A stretch of 64,000 nt of DNA from Macrostomum lignano (lineage: Eukaryota). The first letter of the stretch is position 1, and each line of letters begins with the position of its first letter. A program made the translations under genes and the position numbers. Location: the NCBI GenBank assembly GCA_002269645.1, contig NIVC01001449.1:224034-288033 (forward strand). Direction: 5' to 3'. The notes beneath the pieces were generated by a model. The model saw only the letters and a list, made by a program, of their open reading frames with translations. It did not search any database and was not told where the DNA came from. Below are positions 39,349-51,007 of this stretch, piece after piece.

Positions 39349-39806
39349 GAGAGGAGAGGAGATGATAAGAGAGGAGAGATGAGAGGAGAGAACAGAGAAG
39401 AGTGGAGAGGAGAGGAGAGGAGAGGAGAGGAGAGGAGAGGAGAGGAGATAGGTGAGGAGAGGAGAGGAGAGGAGAGGAGAGGAGAGGAGAGGAGAGGAGA
39501 GGAGATAGGTGAGGAGAGGAGAGGAGAGGAGAGGAGAGGAGAGGAGAGGAGAGGAGAGGAGATAGGTGAGGAGAGGAGTGGAGAGGAGAGGAGAGGAGAG
39601 GAGAGGAGAGGAGAGGTGAGGAGAGGAGAGGAGAGGAGAGGAGAGGAGAGGAGAGGAGAGGAGAGGAGATAGGTGAGGAGAGGAGAGGAGAGGAGAGGAG
39701 AGGAGAGGAGAGGAGAGGTGAGGAGAGGAGAGGAGAGGAGAGGAGAGGAGAGGAGAGGAGAGGAGATAGGTGAGGAGAGGAGAGGAGAGGAGAGGAGAGG
39801 AGAGGA
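39349..39806 (+). repeat. (GGAGA)n satellite with periodic GGAGATAGGTGA variants
   Basis: Seen directly; produces the spurious LLSSP and EERRG ORFs. Confidence 0.97.
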
Positions 39807-39949
39807 CAATTTCACAAACTGATATAGCTAACATCAGGAGTTTGGGTGCCCTTAGATTAAAAGAAATTATGTGCAATGTGCCCTCCCAACAATAGCCCCC
39901 CCCACTTTGAAATATTTTCCGACACTGCTGCTCGAGGTCTCTCTTTAAT

Positions 39950-40445
39950 TCTCTCACACTCTCTCCACTCTCACCCTCTCTCCACTCTCACCCTCTCTCC
40001 ACTCTCACCCTCTCTCCACTCTCACCCTCTCTCCACTCTCACCCTCTCTCCACTCTCACCCTCTGTCCACTCTCACCCTCCCTCTACTCTCACCCTCTCT
40101 CCACTTTCAGCCTCTCTTTACTCTCAGCCTCTACTCTCAGTCTCTTTCAACTCTCACCCTCTCTCCACTTTCAGCCTCTCTTTCAACTCACCCTCTCTCC
40201 ACTCTCACTCTCTCTCCACTCTCACCCTCTCTCCACTCTCACCCTCTCTCCACTCTCACCCTCTCTCCACTCTCACCCTCCCTCCACTCTCACCCTCTCT
40301 CCACTCTCACCCTCTCTCCACTCTCACCCTCTCTCCACTCTCACCCTCCCTCTACTCTCACCCTCTTTCAACTCTCACCCTCTCTCCACTTTCAGCCTCT
40401 CTTTCAACTCTCACCCTCTCTCCACTTTCACTCTCTATCCACTCT
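39950..40445 (+). repeat. CT-rich minisatellite (CTCTCCACTCTCACCCT-like)
   Basis: Seen directly. Confidence 0.92.
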
Positions 40446-40446
40446 C

Positions 40447-40516
40447 CGAGAAACAATGGGTGAGAAACAGTGGGTGAAACAGTGGGTGAAACAGTGGGTG
40501 AAACAGTGGGTAAGAA
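40447..40516 (+). repeat. 12-bp tandem (GAAACAGTGGGT) x~5 upstream of the transposase
   Basis: Seen directly, about 200 bp upstream of ATG 40716. Confidence 0.85.
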
Positions 40517-40715
40517 ACGCTCTTCCAAAAATGCCAGAACTCTCATTGGCTGGGCGCTCATCAAATAGCAGTTATCCTCCACTGATACGGCCCCGAATTT
40601 GAATTTTCTGTTTATCTAGCTCGTATAATTGTATTAGAATAGCATATCTATACAATAAAAACTGATTATCTGAAATCGGAGCTTAAATAGTTTTTGATCA
40701 AGAAATATCATTAAA

Positions 40716-42575
40716 ATGGCAGGTGCATACCCATGTGTAGTGTGTGTACAGCCTGTTGTCAATGGAGAAGAAGCTATTGAGTGCTCGCAGTGTAGCGAAT
40801 GGCAGCATCGTGCGTGTAACAGTCGCGTTACACCGGAGCAGTACGCTGCGATGAAACGTGTACGCGAGTTTTTCTGGCTGTGCAACCGATGCCTTAGGCC
40901 AACTACAGGTGTGCCTTCATCTGCACCCTCAGCTGCCCCAGCAGCTACTGTGCCGCCAACCTTTCCAGGATCAGGACCAGGTGGTGAGCCTATTGACCAA
41001 GAGGAGCCATTGCTTCCAGTCCCTCATGTAGAAGTGGAAGAGAGGTTTTTATTTCAGTATCCCGATTTCGCTGACGCTGAACCTGTGCTCGAAGAATCAA
41101 TTCACGAGCCTCCAGCAGAGTTGGCGCCGCCTCGTAGCCCACCTCCGCAGGCTTTTGAGCATTTTCCAGGTGCTGGATTCAGCCACGGCAAAGACTTGCT
41201 GGTGCAGTACGTCAGGCGTGATCTTGGCCGCTTGATGCATGTCAAGAGCCGGCGAAACGGCAACACTTACTACCGTTGCAACAAAACTGCACCGAAATGC
41301 CTGGGCTCAGCCGTCAAGCGACAAGACGGAACCATTGAAGCCTTGAAAGAGCACACCTGCGATCCAGTCGATCAGCCAGTTAAAAAACGACGTATTGCAG
41401 CTCAGGTAAAAGCGGAAGCAAAGCGAGCGCCATTCAAATCTGCTCGCATCATCGCTGAGGAGAAAGTAAGAGAGCTCCCCCAAGAAGTGCAGGCAGTGAT
41501 TAATATAGATTCCTTAAGTCGCAATGCTAATTATTCTCGTAAAAAAAGCCGCCCCGCGGAGCCAGCTAACATCCATTTTCAGGTTGATCCCGAGCACGTG
41601 CCCCCAGAGTTCCATTTGCAGGACGTTACTGTGCCAGAGACAAATGGACGGCACTTTGTCTTCATGTCTGCGACACAACGGGAGATCCTGTCCACACGAC
41701 GCATTCTGCACTGCGATGGCACATTCGGCATTGTCAAGGCGCCTTTCATGCAGCTGTACAGCCTTCATGGAGCCATTCGCTGCGACAATCAAGAGCGTCT
41801 GGTACCACTGGCATTCTTTCTGATGTCAGGTAAGGCTCAGGCTGACTACCAAGCCTGCTTCCGGCAGGTATGGGAGTTGACTGGTAATGCACCTGTCCAA
41901 TTTATCTGCGACTTTGAGTCGGCCGCCTGGCAAGCCATTCGGCTAGTTTATCCAGCAGCCCAAGTTCGTGGCTGCTTTTTTCATTACTGCCAGGCTGTTT
42001 TCAGGCGAGTCCAGTCTCTTGGATTGCAGGTGCAGTATGCGACTTCCCCTGCGGTAAAGTTATTAGTACGCATGCTGCTTTCGATTCCTTGTCTGCCGGC
42101 TCCTTGCATGCTAGATGGCCTTGCAGCCTGCACTGCAATGGCAGGAGAGAATCAGCGCCTTCTAGAGCTAACGGAATACGTGCGTGCAACCTGGCTACAG
42201 CACCCTGTGTGGGACCGGGATGCCATCTGCGTCTTTGAGCGGTTCACAAGGACGAACAATGCCGTGGAGGCTTGGCACGCGCAGCTCAACAAGCGTGGAG
42301 AGAAAGCGCTTAATTTCTATCTTCTGCTGACCCTGCTTCAGCGTGATGCAGAGCGGGTGCAACGTCTGCTGCAGCAAGTTCATCAAGGCCAAGCTGTCAC
42401 GCACCACCAGCAAGTACATGCTAGGTACGCGCGAGTGAATGTCTGCTTTGAGACATTCTGCCGACACCTGAGAGAGGGCACTATGTCGATTGCTGCATTT
42501 CTCCGGGCCTGCAGCCATATTCATGCGCAACCTGGATGGCAGCAAGAGGGCGAGGATGATGCGCAGCAGAATTGA
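40716..42575 (+). CDS. PHD finger-FLYWCH-like-MULE DDE transposase (619 aa, intact)
   Basis: C4HC3 PHD (CVVC..IECSQCSEWQHRAC..WLCNRC); YYRC..C..EHTC Zn module; DDE triad CDGTF / CDFE / TNNAVE; CFFH motif. Confidence 0.92.
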   Translation: MAGAYPCVVCVQPVVNGEEAIECSQCSEWQHRACNSRVTPEQYAAMKRVREFFWLCNRCLRPTTGVPSSAPSAAPAATVPPTFPGSGPGGEPIDQEEPLLPVPHVEVEERFLFQYPDFADAEPVLEESIHEPPAELAPPRSPPPQAFEHFPGAGFSHGKDLLVQYVRRDLGRLMHVKSRRNGNTYYRCNKTAPKCLGSAVKRQDGTIEALKEHTCDPVDQPVKKRRIAAQVKAEAKRAPFKSARIIAEEKVRELPQEVQAVINIDSLSRNANYSRKKSRPAEPANIHFQVDPEHVPPEFHLQDVTVPETNGRHFVFMSATQREILSTRRILHCDGTFGIVKAPFMQLYSLHGAIRCDNQERLVPLAFFLMSGKAQADYQACFRQVWELTGNAPVQFICDFESAAWQAIRLVYPAAQVRGCFFHYCQAVFRRVQSLGLQVQYATSPAVKLLVRMLLSIPCLPAPCMLDGLAACTAMAGENQRLLELTEYVRATWLQHPVWDRDAICVFERFTRTNNAVEAWHAQLNKRGEKALNFYLLLTLLQRDAERVQRLLQQVHQGQAVTHHQQVHARYARVNVCFETFCRHLREGTMSIAAFLRACSHIHAQPGWQQEGEDDAQQN

Positions 42576-42687
42576 TCGCGATCTCTCCGTTTTGCCTGAT
42601 TCAAGTGGAAACTTTTAATAATTAACCATTTTACTTAAATCGAGTTATAAATCTCAATTCATTGCTTGCTTAGCAAATAGCTCCCTC

Positions 42688-42930
42688 ATTATCATTTTTC
42701 GCACACCATTATATTCTGCACTTTTATTTCAGTCCATATGCGGCGCACAGGTAAAGCTATTAATTATTACCTTCTAAATGCCATCATTTTTCGCATGCCA
42801 TTACATTCTGCACTTTTATTTCAGTCCATATGCGGCGCACAGGTAAAGCTATTAATTATTACCTTCTAAATGCCATCATTTTTCGCATGCCATTACATTC
42901 TGCACTTTTATTTCAGTCCATATGCGGCCC
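42688..42930 (+). repeat. 92-bp tandem repeat, ~2.6 copies
   Basis: CTTTTATTTCAGTCC recurs at 42721, 42813 and 42905. Confidence 0.9.
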
Positions 42931-43172
42931 ACGGGTAAAAAAGAAAAAATCTGCGTATTCGCTAAATTTGCTTGCATCTTATCCACTGCCCCTCCAGTTT
43001 TATTTCACTGCACCCCCTGCTGGATTGTGGAGGCGGGGGCACATTTGGCTTGTGAGCGCGAATAACAAGATCTTAAACTTTTACACCGTGCTTAAAGCGA
43101 AATGTGCTGCCAGCTCCATAGGTCATCTCGAGCCCGAACTCCAAGTGGCACTTATTTATACTTAATCTCTAA

Positions 43173-43405
43173 TCCAAATATGCTAAATCTCTAAGGTTTG
43201 TTTGCTTGCTTGCTTGCTTGCTTGCTTGTCCATAAAGCTCTACAGCTCACTGTCCTTGACCGATTTTCTTAAAATCCAAATATACTAAATCTCTAATATT
43301 TGTATGTTTGTCCATAATCTAAATATACTAAATCTCTAAGATTTGTATGTTTGCTTGTCCATAGCGCTCTAGTCTAAATATACTAAATCTCTAATAATAT
43401 GCTAA
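43173..43405 (+). mobile_element. Four tandem Helitron-like 5' ends
   Basis: TC(C/T)AAATAT(A/G)CTAAATCTCTAA at 43173, 43275, 43318 and 43373; (GCTT)n microsatellite; ACCGATTTTCTT motif shared with Helitrons A/B; one CTAG|TC junction at 43369-43374. Confidence 0.6.
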
Positions 43406-45642
43406 AATTACTATATCTGCTTGTACTAATGAGGTAGAACTACTAGATTGCATAATCACTGTTTAAACTGCGCACAGAATAGCTTGCGCAAAAAAGTTCA
43501 AATTTAATTTCAATACACGACCCCATCTCTGTTTGTGATCCCTCTCTACTACATCTTTGTCTCTCCTTCTGATAGTTTAAATCAAAGCGACTTCTTTTCC
43601 AGCTTTGCATAACACTATCATAAATTAGCTACTCCAGCAATAGCATATTGCCAGGCAAGGTAACAAAAATTTATCACTTTTTTAGAATGAATGCATTGAC
43701 AGCTTGCTTGGTTAGCCAACTGTCTCAGGGTTCTTATTAAATCAAGACAGGAAGCAAATACTCTCCACCCAGTTACCACGAATAGATCGTATAGTAACAA
43801 AAACAGCTGTACTTAACTTGTTATCTCTTATAGGTTCTGAAATTCATCGCTTATAGGCTACATGCAACGGCCGTGCATTTTTAAAATACCAAGCCATAAA
43901 TCTTAAACGGAACGAGGGGCGCACTCAAAAAAATTTAGGGGGGGGGGGGTGTTACGGAGAGAGGTGGCACTGGCAAGAGGGGGCAGACCCCGGAATTTTC
44001 CTCCCTTGACCCCTCCCCCTCTGGGTGCAACCCCTGAACTGCATGGACTCGAGTCGAGCTTAAAAAAACTGTTTGTATATATAACTGTGAGTTCCAATTA
44101 CTGTACTGAGTTCAAAAGGAGGGCACAAAAAAGATTTGGATAGTAACGGATTTTTTACGAGGGGCCGGCGTTTGAGATATAGCTATCAAATATTTCAAAA
44201 TAGCTGCGGGTATTCAATATAGTGTGATCAGATTGAATTCAATTAAATTCTGAGCAACGTACGAGCGTATGTGGGCGTGGCATCTACATTGCAGTTGGTG
44301 TTCCCATGTGTAATAGTGCAACCAAGCGAGGTCCCTGGAGCGAAAACCTGGATCTGCCAAGTACAGCATGAGCATGAGGTCATGACCTCAGAAGTACATG
44401 CAAACTTTGATGGGACTAAAAGAAGTCTATCTAAAATAAAAAATGATTGTGCCATTGGTCCGATCTTATGGTATTTTGCATATTTCGCATGTCCGATACT
44501 AGCTACAACTGTACTAACAGATGAATGCAAGCATTTTGCAAAAGTATGCAACCATTGTTTTCTAACAATTTGTTCGCAAATCTCCCTTCGATCTGCCCTA
44601 TCCACTGATATCTTCAAGTTTGCATATTTTTCACCTAATTCAAGCATCTCCACCGCATGGACTCCCGAAATATAAACGGAGCGCATCACACCGCAATACT
44701 TATTTGCGAGCGGCAAGGCTCAGACCACAGTTTGCAGTGCTTTAAAAACGGCTTTTTGATTTCGCAAATATTTCCTTTTTGCATAACGCTGAATGTGATT
44801 TCAGCTGCAAAAATTTGACTGCTATTGATAATTCCTGATCGGCTAGAAAAAACGTCACAGATAGATTGGAAAACGTGTACATGTACATGTACCTTGCACT
44901 CATATGCACATACGTGCATCTCTGTATTACATTTATTACATTAAATGTATCAAGAAGTTTGGTATATTTTGAAGAGATGTCAGAATTGTCAAAATCAGTA
45001 TTTATCGATCAGTACCCTTTGAAAAAATGCATGTACATGTAGCTCACACTGTACCTGTGCAAAGTTGCCGCAGTGCGCGAGAGTAAAGGATATTTGCATT
45101 TAAAAATCGGAGGCAAAAGATCAAATGTGTGAAAAATTCTGTAATTTATTATAGTGCCTGAAATTCAGAAATGAATTAAAAGCGAGAGAGTGAGTGACTG
45201 AGTGAGTAAGAGAGTGAGAGTGAGAGAGTGTGTCAGTGTGGGAGTGGGTGTGAAATGAGTGAGACAGAGAGAGTGAGAGTGAGAGAGATCGAGATCTCTT
45301 AACCCCTCTCCATATATTCTCTCATTACATGTGCATGTAAATTTACTCTCATCCCCTCCCTTTGCTTTCTCCGAAATTCCCGGCTTTGAGTACACAATAA
45401 AATACACACAGTGCTCGTGCTCGTACATTTCCAGACATGTAACATATCATGCATAGGCATTGGGCCTAAGATGCGCTTTTTCTGTTATGTGAGTGAACGA
45501 TAGTTGTTAACTTGCTTTCGTCAAAATACATGTAAACCTTCGTCAAAATGAATGACACCTCTAAATCCACATACCATAGCACATATCAAGACGCTTAGAT
45601 TTGTTTGTCCGTAATGCACTACGCACCCAGACGCCGAATATA

Positions 45643-46021
45643 GGGTCTCCCTAAAACACGCACCGCCCCGCCCCGAACCGCTACACATTATAACATTTTT
45701 TGTCAACGCAGTATTTGATTGCAAAGAAAAATATTTGTTGTACGAGTAATGGAATAAATATCTTTAATTATTATTATAAATACTGTTATTATTTTTTATA
45801 TTCTCGTTTTCATTATTAAATTTTATTAATATTTTTTATTAATATTATTAATATTATCACTTATTATTCACCGAATTTTATATTTCATAGTAAAAAAACT
45901 TAATTTAATAAAAACTTTAAAGCTTAACAGAAAACGCATTTTCAAGTGTCTTCAGTTATAGTCCAATTTGTTTTAATGTGTAGCGCTGCAGGGCGGTGCG
46001 GGGCGTGTTTTAGGGAGACCC
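45643..46021. mobile_element. MULE-type MITE (379 bp)
   Basis: ~50-bp TIRs GGGTCTCCCTAAAACACGC..; perfect 9-bp TSD CCGAATATA at 45634-45642 and 46022-46030; AT-rich interior. Confidence 0.9.
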
Positions 46022-47320
46022 CCGAATATACGAATGTGCGAGCTCGTAAAAAACTTTTCAAATTACAGCAACCTGCAATTGCATTTTGAGAGGCGCTTTT
46101 TTGAAAGTGAAGTTAAATCTAATTACTCAAGCTTTTGCTCTCAAAAGCATTATTCATGCTCATCTACTGCTAAAAGTAACAAATTGTGGTTTTGTTAAAG
46201 ATATTGTTAAAATTGCCTGGTTGACTTGCAATCGTTTTGGGCCACTTATTCGTGACCAATCTTGGGACGCTTCCTCCTCATCTAACTCCACAACCCATCA
46301 CAACCAATAGCAATGCTGGAAGATTAGTAGCTCCCCCTCAATTCCAGTAGCCAGTAAGAGCTGTGGCGGTCTTGGTGTGTGGCGGTCTTGGTCATGCGCC
46401 AAATAAATTTCAACTTTAATAATTTAAGTAAATCCTATCTCTAAAAATGTTTGTAATTTTTTATGTAAATGAAATAAAAAACATTAATTATATTGCTATT
46501 TTTTAAATATTATCTACTATAATAAACTTCAGTAGGTCTAGTCAAGATATTATCATTAGCATTTTAAATTACTTATATTTTAGAGTATAGGCCTAATTTA
46601 AGTTAAGCTTATTTAGTCTTTTTTGCACTTTTGACATAATAGTTCTATTTTTTATTTTTTAGGGGGCCTATGAAATTATTATTTGTAATATGTAATATAT
46701 TAAATTATCTATTGTAAAACCTAAAGTGATGCTTTTTATATATTATTTCTATGATTTGAATGAACTAATATATTTATTTAATAGGTCTATTTTTATCTTA
46801 TTTTATCTTAAAGATAATCAAATTTTAGCCGAGAATTTTTGCCTAATTTTTGTTGTCCTTTTTATAAAATATATTATTTAGTAACTCTAAAGTTTTTCAC
46901 TTAAAATTTTTTACTACTGTAATTCTTATTTCTTACATTTTGTGTCTTGTTTATGACATTAAATGACATTAAAAATTAAGTTCAATTATATTAAATTTTA
47001 AACATTTATAGAATGTCTTGCTTCACTCAAGTCTCATACTAGGCATTCAAATTGTCTATTCCTACTACTCAGTGCTCACTCCCTATGCTCAGTGCTAACT
47101 CTGCTCAATGCTTGCTCTATCTGCTCAGTGCTAAACCTCCTGCAACTTGCTTCACCCCCTCTGCAACCTATATACAAATTATTTGCCAAGTGTTTCGCAT
47201 ACATGATGCACTGTACTTAAAGTACCTCTTGCTAGTTGTAGAGCTCAAAAAATTATAAATATCTATTGACTATCTAAAATATTACAACCCGTGTATCCAG
47301 CTAATCAAGACCAATTGAAA

Positions 47321-48091
47321 ATGTCGGCCCCAGCAACCAGCATTGCCCAGCAGACTCAAGCCGAAGATTCAGACAGAAGCCAAGCAACACTGAGGCCCGG
47401 TGGCCGCGGTGGCAATGGTGGAGGCTTCAGTCGCAGTCGTCTCAGCAGCAGCAACAGCGGCACTGCCGCGGCGCCCTCCCTAGTTGAAGCCTTCGGCGCT
47501 GCGGCAACTTTCACCCGCGGCGCCGCGGCAGCCGTCGCCGCAGCTGTGGAGTCGGCGACTGCGGCATCGACAACAGCCAAGCAGCCTCGGCGAGTCCGGC
47601 TGGCGCCTGGCAGGCAGCAGCAGCGCCCTGTTGCTCGTCTGCGTCGGTCTCTCGCGCCCTTGAAGGCGCCACCGTCGGGCGTGGCGCGTGACGACAGGCA
47701 CCGGGACTGGCTATTCCACGGCGGTCGCTACTATCAGCTGGGCGACGTGGTGGCTGTGACCGAGGATTCTTGCGAGTATTTCGGTCAGATCAAGTCTTTG
47801 TTCTTCGACAGCGAATTGTCTGCCAGCTGCCAGCTGGTCTGGTTGGTGCCGTTGGAGCGGCCTGCTGCTGGTGACAGCGGATCCATAGATCAGAAATTGG
47901 GATTCGAACCCGCGACTTACACTCTGGGGCCGGCTGACGAAGTTCTACACCGGCCGCTGAGCAGTATGAGGTTTGTGTGTCACTGTCCGACTGATTATTT
48001 TAGCGACTCGGCTGCTGGTGCAGCTGTGGGCTCTGCTGACAAAGGATTCGTGTGGACTACTCTGGAGAATGAGCTTGCCGCTCAACACTGA
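47321..48091 (+). CDS. GATAD1: GATAD1-like BAH-domain chromatin protein (no zinc finger in this ORF)
   Basis: LFHGGRYYQLGDVVAV..YFGQIK..LVWLVP..FEPATYTLGP..FVCHCPTDYF matches the GATAD1 C-terminal domain as recalled; first ATG at 47321; an upstream exon is possible. Confidence 0.8.
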   Translation: MSAPATSIAQQTQAEDSDRSQATLRPGGRGGNGGGFSRSRLSSSNSGTAAAPSLVEAFGAAATFTRGAAAAVAAAVESATAASTTAKQPRRVRLAPGRQQQRPVARLRRSLAPLKAPPSGVARDDRHRDWLFHGGRYYQLGDVVAVTEDSCEYFGQIKSLFFDSELSASCQLVWLVPLERPAAGDSGSIDQKLGFEPATYTLGPADEVLHRPLSSMRFVCHCPTDYFSDSAAGAAVGSADKGFVWTTLENELAAQH

Positions 48092-48239
48092 ATCCCGTTT
48101 CTGTCTGTCCCAGTAATACTGCTCTGTGCAAAGTTATGTGCATTATTTGTGTTCAAGCACACTATTAATGGGTATTTGTTTTAATTTGTAATGACCACGC
48201 GCTATAAACAGCAATACACCTGAGCTAAGAATGGTTGAC

Positions 48240-48805
48240 CCCCTGAGATGGCCAACCTGAGAATCGCCCCCCCCCCCGAGATGGCCAACTTGAGAAACGC
48301 CCCCCCCCCCCCTGAGATGGACAACCTGAGAATCGCCCCCCGCTCCGAGGTGGCCAACCTGAGAATCGCCCCCCCCCGAGATGGACAACTTGAGAATCCC
48401 CCCGATATGGACAACTTGAGAATCCCCCCCCGATATGGACAACTTGAGAATCCCCCCGATATGGACAACTTGCTTGAGAATCCCCCCCCGATATGGACAA
48501 CTTGAGAATCCCCCCGATATGGACAACTTGAGAATCCCCCCGATATGGACAACTTGAGAATCCCCCCGATATGGACAACTTGAGAATCCCCCCCCGATAT
48601 GGACAACTTGAGAATCCCCCCGAGATGGACAACTTGAGAATCGCCCCCCCCCCGATATGGACAACTTGAGAATCCCCCCGAGATGGACAACTCGAGAATC
48701 GCTCCCCCCTGAGATGGACAACCTGAGAATCGCCCCCCGCTCCGAGGTGGCCAACCTGAGAATCCCCCCCCCGAGATGACCAACTAGAGAATCGCCCCCC
48801 CCCCT
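48240..48805 (+). repeat. ~25-27-bp minisatellite (CnGATATGGACAACTTGAGAAT)n
   Basis: Seen directly; variable C-run. Confidence 0.93.
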
Positions 48806-49427
48806 AAGTTGCTCTTTTAAATTTCAAGTAGGTCAAGTGTATGCTTAGCAAAATTCTGGTGCTGATAAATAAATGTAAATACATGAACTGCTATGCTTAC
48901 TGTTGTTCTCTGTGGACTCAATGTATCCCTTTTCTATTTAACTGAGTGAATAAATAAGAAGCACCTCAATTTTGACACAGCTGAGTAACGCGGTTATGAA
49001 ATGAATGAATCCGCTGTCTCTATGCCACGCATTTCAGTCTCTGATGCTGAGCAATTTTAAACGATTTATCAATTGCTACGTACTACTTACTTTGTTTCTG
49101 TTGGTATTGCCAATTTGTAAATAAAAGCGAAAATCGTGTCTTTGTTTGAGTTCAAAACTTTGTTTAACCATTTGGAAAGAAAACCAAGAGCCTTAATACC
49201 GTAAAATTGTTTATTAAAGTTTTTTTTTACTTTCGACTTTAATAAAAGTACGCTACAGTGGTTAGAAATATTGCACTACTGCTAGTAGCTAATCGCTTGT
49301 CAAGCGCTTGTGTAGTTGGCCCTCATGAGTGGGTGTAAATAGTTCGGCAACTCCCTGGCCATGTGCAGTACAATCACATCAAATGAATGTGGCTGTGGCC
49401 TTCAGCCCCAAAATAAGTGCCTGCGCC

Positions 49428-49790
49428 TGCGGCGCTAATATGAGTGCCTGCGGCGCTAATATGAGTGCCTGCGGCGCTAATATGAGTGCCTGCGGCGCTA
49501 ATATGAGTGCCTGCGGCGCCAAAATGAGTGCCTGCGGCGCCAATATGAGTGCCTGCGGCGCTAATATGAGTGCCTGCGGCGCTAATATGAGTGCCTGCGG
49601 CGCTAATATGAGTGCCTGCGGCGCCAATATGAGTGCCTGCGGCGCTAATATGAGTGCCTGCGGCGCTAATATGAGTGCCTGCGGCGCTAATATGAGTGCC
49701 TGCGGCGCTCATATGAGTGCCTGCGGCGCCAATATGGTTGCCTGCGGCGCTAATATGAGTGCCTGCGGCGCCAATATGAGTGCCTGCGGC
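49428..49790 (+). repeat. 21-bp minisatellite (TAATATGAGTGCCTGCGGCGC)n
   Basis: About 17 units, seen directly. Confidence 0.95.
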
Positions 49791-51007
49791 AGTAGTATAG
49801 GAAAAGTAGGTTTGAGCGCAACCCATTTTGAAAAATCACAAAAAACAGATAAAAATCGACTAAAAACAGGTGAAAATTGTCTGAAAACAGTGATTTTAGT
49901 GATTTTTCAAAAGTTTCGAAAAATTGCTTTTTGCGCGATTTCGTGAGTAAAACCACAAGAAATTTTTGATTCGTGGGTTAAAATAACCTATTTTCAGGTT
50001 TCATCATTTCAAAACTAGCATCAAATTTAATAATAGTCTTTTCTCCCATTGCATAACGCCCTTCAATAAGCCAATCTTACTAGCTTTGCTTTTAACGATC
50101 AGTCAGCTACCATCTATGCATAAAAATTGTCCACTCGAGGCATACAATGCTTTTACAAAAGTCAATAATTTGCTCCTGCACATTCGCTTTGTCCCGAGGC
50201 TTTGAAATGGCTTTAATGCTGTTCTAGATTTGTACTTAAAGATAATAGAAGACATTCAAGAACATGGAGCGCTAATTTAAATTTTTCGTGGCATGCATAC
50301 TCGACTACTAGAGCACTAACCGCAGCACTCAACATTTCTATTGGCTGCCAAAATTTCTGCCAAAACCAAAATTTTTGCCAAAATTTCTGCCAAAAAGTGT
50401 TTGGTTTTGGCATCCAATAGGAGTGGCTCGTGCAAATCTTTTGTGTTCACCCTCTATCTAGCTGTAAAAAAAGACATGAAGTGGGCCACGCAAGTTACAA
50501 ACGAACAATGCTCTCGCGACCCTACCTACGGACGATTTCACTAACCCTTTTCTAAATTATGTATCTTAAAAATGGAACAAATAGCAGGAGAAATTCTCCT
50601 CAAAGCAATTTTTATATTGTGACTCAGCTTTAACGTCGTGCGAAACCCACACTGAGTGAAGCGTATGGTCAAATAGGCTCTCGCAGGAACTCTAAAAATT
50701 GGTCAAGGACAGCTTCCATTACACAAAGTTAAATCTAATTCACGTAAATCAAAATTGCTATAATGAAAATTAATTATAAAAAATTAAAAAAGATAACAGC
50801 TCCTTAAAATCCGTTTTTAGGATACACTTCGCATAACTTATGCAAATAATAATAATGGTTTTGTATTTTAAATATTAAAGTAGTGATTATTAAAACAGTA
50901 ACAAAAAGTCCTCAAACGCCTATGAAGAACAAAATTAAAACATTAGAGCAATTTATTAATATTGACAAATTAGTCCATGATCGCCACAAGTCATCAATCA
51001 TCTAGTT

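Larger units (their letters stand above)
37701..46400 (+). mobile_element. Mutator/Phantom-like DNA transposon (8.7 kb) with nested repeats
   Basis: 40-bp TIRs 37701-37740 and 46361-46400 (36/40 match, each with two ACCAAGACCGCCACA units); 8-bp TSD AAATAAAT at 37693-37700 and 46401-46408; MULE transposase inside. Confidence 0.8.

Noticed and set aside
39031-40463. LLSSP, EERRG and HSHPLS repeat ORFs
   Set aside because: Translations of the GGAGA and CT-rich satellites
44243-44716. 157-aa minus ORF and the overlapping 134-aa plus ORF
   Set aside because: No recognisable motif; overlapping antisense ORFs in TE-internal DNA
49791-49800. AGTAGT as the Polinton left terminus
   Set aside because: Polinton ends often start AGTAGT, but the paralogous 21-bp array at 22.6 kb has a similar edge sequence, and no partner TIR or TSD is available in the window
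48143-49946. Repetitive ORFs over the 48.2-48.8 kb and 49.4-49.8 kb arrays
   Set aside because: Minisatellite artefacts, open in several frames and on both strands
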